64,000 bases of DNA, from positions 434,001 to 498,000 of the forward strand of contig JABVCE010000005.1 of NCBI GenBank assembly GCA_014905635.1, given 5' to 3'. Positions 31,181 to 41,882 of the stretch are shown one piece after another. The stretch is from Scenedesmus sp. PABB004. Lineage: Eukaryota. Positions within the stretch are counted from its first letter, which is position 1. Each line of letters begins with the position of its first letter. The position numbers were made by a program, and so were the translations under genes. The notes beneath the pieces are model-generated. The model worked only from the letters and a program-made list of their open reading frames with translations, was not told the DNA's origin and did not search any database.

Positions 31181-31953
31181 ATGGCGGCCTACAACTTCCT
31201 GGAGGTGTTCCTGAGGTGCGAGGCGCCCGACGGCGCCGCGGGCCTGCCGCGGCGGCCGCCGCATGCCAGGCCGGCCGGCGGTGACGCCGACGAGCGGCGA
31301 CGCTGCTGCCCCCCGCGCGCGCGCAGCGAGATGTTTGGCATGTGGTTCGTGCTGGTCATGGCGCTGGGCGGCGTGGCCAACCACGTGCTCAACCCCTCGG
31401 CCGGCCGGGGCATGGGCTACCTCGCGATCGCCATCCAGTGAGCGCGCGCCGCGGCGGCGCCGGCGGTCAGCGGATGATGCGCCGCGCCGCGCGAGCCGCG
31501 GCCCCGCGGCCGCCGCCATACTGATCATGAGCAGGCCGCTGACGCCGCCCGCGCGCCGCCCGTCCGCCCGCTCGCTCACCCGCCCGCTCGCTCGACAGAT
31601 TCGTGAGTCGCCCCCGCCGCGCTGCAGCCCGCCCGCGCCCAGGGCCGCCGCGCGCGGCCGCGCTGCGGGGGGCCAGCAGACCTGACGCCGCTGCCGCCCC
31701 GCATGCCCCCCTCCCCCCCCCCCCCCCCACACACACACACGTTCTCACGATGACTGCAGGGCTTTGCATTTGCTTTCCCGGTGAGCGACGCGACCGCGAG
31801 GCACACGTGTGCCTCACGCTCCGGGCCGCCGCCGATGCCCGCGCCGCCGCCGCCGCCAGCGCCGCGTCGCCGCCGCCGCCGCCCTGCCGGCCGCACCCTG
31901 CGCCCGGCGCGCGCGCGGACGCGCAGCGGGCGCACCGCCGACGCGCGACGGAC

Positions 31954-31984
<31 letters not shown>

Positions 31985-33639
31985 ACGCCGCAGATCGTCG
32001 CGTTTGGCAGCGTGTCGGCGATGTTCAACCCCGCGGCCGCGATCTCCCAGGTCGTCGCGGGCAACCTCGGCCCCGGCCAGTTCTTCACGGTCGTCGCGGG
32101 CGAGATGGTCGGCGCGATCCTCGCCGGCCTGACCATCTTTATTCTCTACATGCCCCAGCTCCTCCGCGCCGGGTCCAAGGTCTTCACTATGGCCGACATG
32201 AAGGACGGATACAAGGAGAACTCGCGCTTCTTCGGCGTGCGCGGCACCAAGGCGCGCGCAAGCCGCGCGCCCGCGGCGCCGCGCGGCGGGGCGCGGCGGG
32301 CGCGGCGGGGCGGTCCGGGGCGCGGGCGCGGGCGTGGGCGAGGCACGCCCGAGCGCGCCGCCGCCGCCGCGGGGGCCGCCGCCGCGCAGCGCGTGCACGG
32401 CGGCAAGATGGCGGACAAGGCGACGGTCGAGGCGGCAGTCAACCCGCTGCACCCGCTGGAGGACGACGACGACCCGTTCCTGGTGCGGCGCAGGCAGCGC
32501 GCTGGCACGCCCGCGCCCGCGCCCGCGCCCGTGCCCCGCCCGCCGCCCGGCCGTGCCTGCGTGGGGCTCCCAGCCTGCGGCGGCACGGCTCCCAGCGGCT
32601 CACGCGCCCCCTCCCGCGCCCCTCCCTGGTGCGGCGCAGGGCATCTGGGTGTCCCGCCCCGCGTCGTACAACCCCATCATCAGGTGACACCCCCCCCTCC
32701 CCCGCACGGCCGCGCTCGTGGCCGCCGCCGCGCCGGCGCGGCACACACGCGAGCAGCAGCCGCGGGCGCCGCCCTCTTGCCGCCCCTCCCGCCACGACTC
32801 ACTCCTGCCCCGCCCCGCGCTCCCGCCCCGCGCGCCTCCCGCCCTGCTCTTCACGGCCAGCTTCCTGAATGAGTTCATCATGACCTTCATGTTCCTTTTC
32901 CTGGTCAACCTCATGACCGCGCGGTGCGCTGGTGGAACAGCGGCGCGCGCCCGCGGCGGGGGGCGCGCAGCGCGCCGCGCGCCGCGCGGCGAGCCCGCGC
33001 CCGCGCCCGCGCCCTGACCCGCGCCCGCGCGCGCGCCCGCGCCCGCGTGGTCCGCGGTCCGCAGCGGCCAGTACCTCTACCAGCCCAGCTACGGCATGTA
33101 CAGCAACATCCTGCTGCCCATCCTCATCGGCTTTGTCATCTGCAGCATGATCCTCGCCACCGGGCCGACCGGCTTCGCCGGCAACCCCGCGCGCGACCTG
33201 GTGCGCACGCGCGGCGCGCCCGCGCGCGCGCCCCCGGCGCGGCGCGGCGCCGTGCCGCGCCGCGCCGCGCGGCCGCTGACGCGCGCCGCGCCGCGCTGCG
33301 CAGGGCCCGCGCATCGCGCACTGGCTGCTGCCCATCCCCAAGAACCCCAAGGTCGGCAGCGAGTGGTGGTACGCCTGGGTCCCGGTCATCGGGCCGCTCT
33401 GCGGCGGCGTGCTCGCGGGCGGGCTGTTCAAGGCGTACGTGAGCATCCTCAAGGGCCAGGTCTCGGTCGACTCCAACCCCTGGGCCACGACCGCGCTCGC
33501 CAACTCGAGCGTCACCGAGAACCTCGACCCCTCGGCCGTGGCCAACGGCACGCTCGCGGCGGCGGGCTCCTCCGCCGCCGGCGCCGCCGTCGTCAAGGCC
33601 GCCGACCTGCCCCTGCCCAAGCTGCCCAAGCTCTTCTGA
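31181..33639 (+). CDS. Aquaglyceroporin (MIP family, GlpF-like/GIP type), multi-exon including 4-nt and 21-nt microexons
   Basis: Two NPA boxes ([28 protein letters not shown]) and [13 protein letters not shown], typical of Gram-positive GlpF and plant GIP. Confidence 0.92.
31599..31602 (+). other. 4-nt microexon ATTC of the aquaglyceroporin gene
   Basis: Branch-like gctcac, then ...cgacag|ATTC|gtgagt; converts phase-2 CA into CAA TTC so the next exon reads GFAFAFP in frame. Confidence 0.82.
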
Positions 33640-34422
33640 GCGCCGCGCGGCCCGCAGCGCGCGCGCTCGGGCTCGGCCTGGAGCCCGCGCCGCCGCTGCG
33701 CGCGCGGGCGTGCATGGCGGGGCGTGCCGCGCGCAGGCGTGCCGTGGCAGGCTGACAACGCACGAAGCCGCGCTGTCATGAAGCATGGGGGCCCGGGGCT
33801 GGTCGGCTGCGGCGCACACGCCGCCATCTTTATGTGCGCGAGCAGGCAACCAACTTTCTTGCTGCGCTCAGCTTCCTTGGTGAGCTCAGGGACAGACAGC
33901 TTGAGGCTGCGGCGAGGGGAGGGAACCCAGGGTGACGAGGGGGCGTTGCCGGGCGGTGCACGCGCACGGCGTGCGCGCCTGGGCCTGACCACACGCACTG
34001 CGCGTTCTGGCCTCAACTCTCAAGCGCGCGTGACCGAGGCCGCCGCCTCACGGCGGTGCAACATTTGTGCGGTGCGGCGCCGCGACACCCGCGCGAGTCG
34101 CGCAGCGCCCGCAGCCGGCGGCGGTCCCGCCAGCAGCCGGCGGCGGTCCCGCCAACAGTCGATTCTCGCAGGCTTCAGGCAGCTGCGGCGATTCGTGCAG
34201 ACCGCTCTCAAGCTGGCGTCCACGGCAGGGCCGGGCACGCCCGCAACTGCTGGTCAGCGTCACACGTCCACCGTCCCTGCGCGGCCCCGCAGCTCCTCTT
34301 CCACACTCCTCCTCCCCTCCACGCCTCCTTCAACCCCCTCCACCGCGCCAGGAGCGCGCGTGCGCCCAGCGCGAGCCCAGCTGCCGGGCCAGCAGCCCGT
34401 GCTGTCGCGCGCAGAGGCCACC

Positions 34423-36749
34423 ATGGCGCCCACGACCGAGAAGAAGAAGTCGGGTGGCCTCTTCGGCTTCGGGAAATCGAAGGCCAAGGGTGCGCCGTGG
34501 CGCGCGCAGATGCAGGCCGGCCGGCTCCCGCCATCCCCGGGACTCGCGCGCGCGGGGACGCGCGCTCACGCCGCTGCTGCCCGCGCGTCCGCGCGCCGCC
34601 ACAGCCGACAAGCCCGCGTCCGGCAAGGGCAGCGCCAGCGCGGCGGCGCCCGGCGGCAGCAAGGCGGCCAAGCCCGCCGTGGTCTCGCTCAACGCGACCG
34701 CCGCCGCGCCCGCGGCGGCCGCCGAGGCGCCGGTGAAGCGCCAGGTGGAGAGCGCCTCCACCATGCACCTGCGCAAGGAGGACGCGGCGGCGGCGTGGCA
34801 GAGCCGCCCCCGGATGCCGTCGCGCCTGATGGACACGTACGTCAACTACATGGTCCTCGGTGCGTGCCGCCCCCGCGCCGCACGCGCGCGCCGCGCTGAG
34901 CTTGGTGCTTGGTGGCGGCCGCACGGCCAGGCGCCCGAGCGCAGCGGCCCGGACCACCGTGCAGCCGGGCGACCCGGCGCCGGCGGCAGCAGCCTGCGGG
35001 GTCGGCGGCCAGCCGCCGTGGCCGGCAGCGCTGCTGGCCATGCCGCGCCGCGCGCCCACCGTCGCGGCGCGGCCACCGCGCAGGCGAGAGCGGCCTGGGC
35101 AAGACCACGTTCATCCACAACCTTACCTCCAGCTTCAAGGTGCTCAACGGCGGCCGCGTCGCCGACGGCAGCTCGACGACGCTGAGCCAGTTTGCGGCCG
35201 ACCCGGACAGCCTCAAGACGGTGCTGGAGCCCATGGAGATCCCGGAGTCCAGCCGGCGCCTCATGATCACCATCCAGGTCGGCTGCTGCGCCCGCCGCAC
35301 GGCGTGGCGTGGCACAGCGGCAGCGCCGCTCAGCGCAGCGCAGCGAACCGCGCTCGTCCGGCGGCGGCCGCGCGCCGCGCAGTCACCCCGCCGGCTGACA
35401 GCGCGCGCCGCGCGCGCTGCGCGGCCGCCCGCAGGACATGCCCGGGTGGGGCGATGACATCAACCTCATGCGCTACCTGCGCGTCATCACCACCTTCCTG
35501 CTGGAGCAGCGCGCCAAGGTCCGCGTGCTGCGCGTGCTGTGCGTGCTGCGCGTGCCGCGCGTGCTGCGTGCGCGCGCTCACAGGCACACCTACGACGCGT
35601 GGCGCGCGGCGAGCGCGCTCAGCACACGCTCGGCTGCGGCTGCCTACCTCTCAACTCTGTGCGCCGCCGCGCCTCCCGCGCGCCGCACAGGACTACGAGA
35701 AGCTCGACGGCGGCCGCGCGCTCGGCGAGACGGCGATGTGCGGCCAGCTGCAGCACAGCGTGACGGCCTGCCTCTACTTCATCCCGCCGCACCGCATGAA
35801 GAAGATTGACCTCATCCTCATGGCCGCCATCAGCCAGCTGGTGCGCGCCCGCACCCGCCCAGCACCTCTCTGCGGCGTCACGGCATCACGGCGCCTGCGC
35901 CTCCGCCGGCCGCGCCGCGCCGCGCCGCCCCGCGCCGCCCTGCCGCTGACGCGCCCCGCCCGCCGCGCCCCTGGCCCGGGTCGCCAGGTGACGGTTGTGC
36001 CCGTGATTGGCAAGGCCGACGCGATGACCGAGCGTGAGCTCGTGACCTACCGCGGCGAGGTGCTGCGCATGCTGTCCGCGCCCAACAAGTACGTGCCGAC
36101 CCGCAACCTGCCGGCGCTCGAGGTCTCGCTCTTTGGCTTCGCCGAGTCGATCCTGGCCGACCTGGGCATGGCCAAGGGCCAGCTGCCGATCGCGATCGTG
36201 TCGAGCCGCGAGTCCGAGCCGTGCGACGACCCCGCGTTCCTCGCGAGCCTCGGCCTCGAGGGCGTGAGCAACCCGACGCAGCCGGTGCGGCACTACCGCT
36301 GGGGCGCGGTGTACCCGCTGAACCGCGGCCACAGCGACCTCATCGTGCTCAAGCGCCTCCTGCTCGGCGACCGCGTGGAGAGCCTGTACGCGATGCTGGA
36401 CGACGCGTTTGACCGCTACGTCGCCTTCTGCGCCGCGTTTGAGGCCGCGGGCAAGCAGCTCAACATGGTCGTCCAGGTGCGCGCCGCCGGCCGAGCGCGG
36501 CGCGCTGCGCCCCGCCGCGCCGCGCCGCCCGCCGACGCCCGGGCCGCCGCGCGCGTTCCGAGCGCGCAGGACACCTGCACGGCGGGCGGGCCGCACCTGG
36601 AGGTTGAGGACTTTGCCAAGGCCAAGGTTGCCCTGGACAGCGCCAAGGCCGCGATGTCGACGCTCAGCGAGGAGAACCGGCTGCTCGCGGAGCGCCTCGC
36701 GGCGGCGGAGCGGGAGAAGAAGCAGCTCCTGGAGCGCGTGCGCGCGTGA
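34423..36749 (+). CDS. Septin GTPase paralog 1 with basic N-terminal extension and C-terminal coiled coil
   Basis: G1 GESGLGKTT, G3 DMPGWGD, CLYFIPPHR, G4 PVIGKAD, septin-unique element RHYRWG...HSDL. Confidence 0.93.
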
Positions 36750-37690
36750 ACCCGCACGCCGCAGCGCACAGCACGCCGCACACCGCGCGCTCCGGGCCGC
36801 GGCCGGGCCACGCAGCACGCGCGCGGCACTCGCGCCCAAGAAAAGACGACCAAGAAGAAGAAGCTCGATGCTGAACTGCGGCGAGGCGAGTCGACCCAGC
36901 AACTCTCTGGTGGGGCACGCGCGCGGCCGCGTTGATGGCGGCGGCGCCATCGGGGCACGCACGTGGCGCGCGGGGCGGCAGCTCTGCCGCGCGCGCCAAC
37001 GCATGCACGCGATTGTGGCGGCGATGGTCTCGTCATGTGGTGGCGGCGTCAAACTGTGCAGTAGCACTGCGCACTGAGCGACGCGGTCAACAACCTCACC
37101 CACCCAGCATGCACGCGCCCCAGATCGGTCCCTGCCGGTGGGTAGACAGCAGCCACATCAACTGGATCTGTGTTGCTGCTGCCGTGCGCGTGTGTGCGAG
37201 AGCTCTCTCCCAGTTAGTAGACAGGGCGCATCCAGCTCTCTCCCGCGCCACGTTGGTGCCGTGACGTGCTGGTGCGCGAGCTGGCGAGCCCTCGAGGGCT
37301 GGCGGCTGGCTGCAGGGTGTGGGTGGTGATGATGCCAGTGCTTGGGCAGCTCCGGGGAACCCGCTGAGTAACAAGCAAGCCTCGCGGCGCGGTTTGCCAG
37401 AGCGCGCCGTCCGCCGGGTCGGCAGCGACCGGGCTCCTCTGCCGGCACCGCGGCCAGCACCGGCGGCAGGCGCGGCGGGCCTGGCGCGGACCCGGGCCGT
37501 CGGCGGCAGGGATGGCGGCGGCGGGAGGACAAGTGCCGGTGCCGAGCTGGTCCAGCGCCTCACGAGGCGCCGGCGCTCGGCTGCTGACCGGCAGCGTCTG
37601 CAAGAACCGCCGCGAGCGACAGTGGCGCTCGCCCGCGGTGCGTCCACGCTTTTGGCCGGCCGCTTTCGTCCACCCACACGAAAAGGCAGC

Positions 37691-39663
37691 ATGGCGCTCC
37701 CCCGGACGAGCTCGAATGGCTTCGTGCAGGCGGACGACGTGCTCGCGGCCTTTCAGGCGCGTCCGCGCGTGCGGTCACGCGTTCTCGACACGTATGTGAA
37801 CTACATGGTGCTCGGTGAGAGGCGGCCAGGGCAGCGGACGCCGCACCAGGCCGGCCGGCGGGCCGCGCCATGCCGTCTCGGGAGTAGGCGCCGCGCTGCG
37901 AGCACAGGCCGCCACGCGCGCAGCGCAGCTGCTGGGCAGCTCATTCGAGCATGCAGAGGCCCCAGCCGGACGCGCAGCAGCAGCCTGCGGAGACTCACCG
38001 GGCTGGCGGCCAGGGCTGGCGTGCTGCTGCCGCCCGCGCCCCGGCCCAAATCGCTCGCCCGCTGCCGCGCAGGCGAGAGCGGCCTGGGCAAGACCACGTT
38101 CATCCACAACCTCACCTCCAGCTTCAAGGTCCTCAACGGCGGCCGCGTCGCCGACGGCAGCGACGTCAGCCTCAGCCAGTTTGCGGCCGACCCGGACAGC
38201 CTCCGCACCGAGCTCGAGCCCATGACCGTGCCCGAGTGCAGCCGGCGCGTCCACATCTCCATCCAGGTGGGCTGCAAGCGGCGGGGCGGGCGACGAGGCG
38301 CGCACGTGCGCACGCGCGCATGGCACACGCAGCGCCTCGCGCTGGGTCCGACCGCGCGCGCCGCCGACCGCCGCCGCGCCGCGCCCCCAGGACATGCCCG
38401 GCTGGGGCGACGACGTCAACCTCACGCGCTACCTGCGCGTCGTCGCGACGTTCCTGCTGGAGCGGCGCATCCGGGACTACGAGCGCCTCGACGGCGGCCG
38501 CGCGCTCGACCCCGCGGCGATGACGGGCCAGCTGCAGCACAGCATCGCGGCCTGCCTCTACTTCATCCCCCCGCACCGCATGAAGAAGGTGGACCTCATC
38601 CTCATGGCCGCCATCAGCCAGCTGGTGCGCGCCCGCACCCGCCGCCGCGCCCGGCGCCAGGCGGGGCCCGCAGCTGCTGCAGCGCAGCGGCGCAGCGCCC
38701 TGACCGGCCGCGCCCCGCTGCCGCGCCCCCCGCCGCGCCCCGCGCCGCCGCGCGCCCTCCGCCCGCGCCGCGCCGCCAAGGTGCCGATCATCCCCATCAT
38801 TGCCAAGGCCGACTGCATGACCGACCGCGAGCTCGCGGCGTACCGCGCCGAGCTGAGCAGCATGCTGTCCGCGCCCAACAAGTACCTGTCCGGCCGCAAC
38901 CTGCCGCAGCTCGAGGTCAGCGTGTTCAACTTTGCGGCGCCGATCGTGGAGAGCCTGCAGATGCGCAGCCTGCCGCTCGCGGTGTCGTGCAGCCGCGACA
39001 GCGAGGCCTGCGACGACCCCGGCTTCCTCGCGAGCCTCGGCCTCGAGCCGGGGGCCAACCCCAGCCAGCCGGTGCGGCACTACCGCTGGGGCGCGGTGTA
39101 CCCGCTGAACCGCGGCCACAGCGACCTCATCGTGCTCAAGCGCCTCCTGCTCGGCGACCGCGTGGAGAGCCTGTACGCGATGCTGGACGACGCGTTTGAC
39201 CGCTACGTCGCCTTCTGCGCCGCGTTCGAGGAGAACGACAAGCAGCTCGCCCTCATCGTCCAGGTGACGGGCGCGCTGCTCACAGCGCGCGGCGCGGCCG
39301 GCGGCGCTGGCCGCCGCCTGGCGCTGCCGCCGGCCAGCGCCGCCGCGCCGGCCCGCGCAGCACCCGCGCGCTCGCGCGTCCCCGGCGCCGCCGACCAACG
39401 TGCCGCCGCCGCCGCCGCCGCCGCGGCCGCAACAGGACGCGTGCCAGGCGGGCAGCCCCTACCTGGAGGTGGACAACAGCGCCAAGGCGCGCACCGCGCT
39501 CGCGAGCGCCAAGAGCGCGATGACGATCCTGGCGGACGAGAACCGGCTGCTCGCGGAGCGCCTCGCGCAGGTGGAGAAGGAAAAGGCCGAGCTGGGCGAG
39601 CGGCTGCGCCGCCGCGCGGGCGGCCACGCGTCCGTCGCGGCCGCCGCCGCGCCCGCGCACTGA
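37691..39663 (+). CDS. Septin GTPase paralog 2 (tandem duplicate)
   Basis: Same motifs: GESGLGKTT, DMPGWGD, CLYFIPPHR, PIIAKAD, RHYRWG...HSDL; C-terminal coiled coil. Confidence 0.93.
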
Positions 39664-40205
39664 GCGCCGGCGGGCGCGGACCCGAGCCGGCCGGGGGGCG
39701 CGGCGGGGGCCTGGGCGCACTGCTGGGCGGCTTGCGGCGAGCGGCGCCGCGCGGCGCGCAGTCAACACGTGCCGCCGTCCCGCGAACACGGGCGCGGCGG
39801 TCCCCTCTCTGCACATCACTGATCGCACGCACCTGCATCGCTGGGGGGAACCCGGGTCAACTGCATCGCACGCACGAAGAAGATCGCCGGCTCGCGGGTC
39901 GGGTCGGTGTCAAAGGCAAGCGGGGGTGGGTTCAGCGGTGAATAACAAGATGATTATCTCACCAAAGCTCTCATCTCACCAAAGCTCCGCGGTCGTCAGG
40001 GTTTTGGCCGCGCGCGCAGCGGACGTCAGCTCGGTTCAAGTGCAACGGCGGCGGCGCCCGGCCGCCGCAGCATCCGCCGCCACGCAGGCACAGCTCGCCC
40101 ACCTCTCCCAGCGGCACAGGCAGGCTCGCGCACGCAGCAGCAGCAGCAGCGCCGGCGGCGGCGGGCGCAGCAGCGGCAGGCGGCGCGCAGCGCCCCGCAG
40201 CGGCC

Positions 40206-41528
40206 ATGGCTGCTGTGATGGACGAGTGGCGGGACTGGCTGCGCGACCCGCACATGCATAAGACCGCCCGTCTGATCGGGCTGCTGGGTGCGTGCGCGGG
40301 GCCAAGATGGCGCAGCAAAGATGCCTCGCAGGCGTCGCGGCCCGCACGCCCAGGCGTGCGGTACCGGAAGAGGCCCAGCAACTGCTCGCCGCGGCCGCGA
40401 GGCGCGCTGACGCCGCCGCCGCGTGCGACGCCGCGCGCCGCTGCCGCTGCCGCGCCGCTGGCCCGCCAGGCTTGGCCTGGGCGTCGCTGGAGCTGGTGAG
40501 CAATCTGCTGGTGCGGCCGCTCTTCCTGCAGCTGCTGGAGGGCAACCCGCGCATGGCGGGGCAGGAGAAGAAGAAGGCGTCGACCGCGACGCAGATGATG
40601 CCGCGCGTGGTCTGCTTCATCCACAACATCATCCAGGCGCGCCGCCTCGCGGTCTCTTTGTCACCCTCCGCTCCCTCCCCCCTCTCTCTCCAGCTGCTGG
40701 CCCGCACACGACCCGCCGCCGCCGCCGCGCACGGTCCGCGCCGCGCCGGGCGCGCGCAGGTCCCGCTCGCGCTCGTCATCCTGGCCGACCCCTACTTCAA
40801 CCGCTCGCCCATCTACGCGCGCGACGCCTTCTCCACGCTCGTCATGGCCATCAGCGCCGGCTACTTCCTGTACGACACGGTCGAGTGCGTCGCGCGCCTG
40901 CAGCACGAGGGCACCGACTTCCTGCTGCACGGCGTGTTCTGCCTCGTCGTGTTTGCAAACCTCACCTACACCGGCTACATGCACTTTTACGGTGCGGCGG
41001 CGCGGCAGCGCGCACGCGCCGGCAGGGCCGCGGTGCCTGCGGCTGTGCGCCGGCTGCAGACCGCAACGGCCGACCGACGGGCGCGCCGCGCGCCGACCGC
41101 CCGACCGCCGCGCCGCGCCGGCCGCAGGCGCGGGATTCCTGCTGTGGGAGCTGTCGACGCCGTTCATGCACTTCCGCTGGTTCCTCTACAAGATCGGCCG
41201 CGAGTCGACGCGGCTCTACGCCGCCAACGCGGCGGCGGGGATGGCCATGTTCTTCGCGTGCCGCATCCTCTGGGGCAACGCGCTCAGCCTGCTCTTCTGG
41301 CGCGACTCGCTCGCCGCGCTCGCGTCGCCCGAGGGCGCGGCGCTGCCGCTCGCGTCCATCTGGTTCTATCGCCTCTCCACCGTCGTCATGAACGGACTCA
41401 ATGCCTGGTGGTTTTCGAAAATGGTGCGCATTCTGCTGTCCACGCTGCGCGCCAAAAAGGCCGACGCGCGCGGCGAGGGCCCCGCCGCGGCCGCGGGGCG
41501 GCGCAAGCCGGCCGCCAAGGCGGCGTAG
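40206..41528 (+). CDS. TLC (TRAM/LAG1/CLN8) domain membrane protein, TMEM56-like, 4 exons
   Basis: SAGYFLYD, FLLHG, FLLWELSTPFMHFRW, FFACRI, LNAWWFSKM. Confidence 0.88.
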
Positions 41529-41882
41529 CGCGGCGGGGCGCGCGCGGGGGCTGCGGGCGTGCGTGACCTGCGTCGAGCTCGCGCGGGCGGCGGGGACTGG
41601 GCTGCCGGCTGTGCGTGCGGGTCTGACGAGAGCAACGCACGCCGAGGAGCGCCGCGTTGCCGGCAGCGCGCCGTCCGGACCCGCAACTCAGCTGTGCTGG
41701 GACAGCCGTCCCAGCACAGCCGCCCCCACCGCCAGCCTCTGCCCCCCGCCAACCTGCGTGCGCCCGCGGTCAACCCGCGCTGCCCCCTCTGTGCACGCCG
41801 AGCCGCATCATTCGTGGCGCACCCGCGGGCCGCCGCCGCGTCTCCTCCCCGCCCGGCGCCCACGCGCGCCGGCGTGCGCGCC

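Noticed and set aside
36830..37264. Possible extra septin-1 exon (…KTTKKKKLDAEL…)
   Set aside because: Septin 1 already ends at a position comparable to septin 2; codon usage is atypical and the sequence looks like 3' UTR
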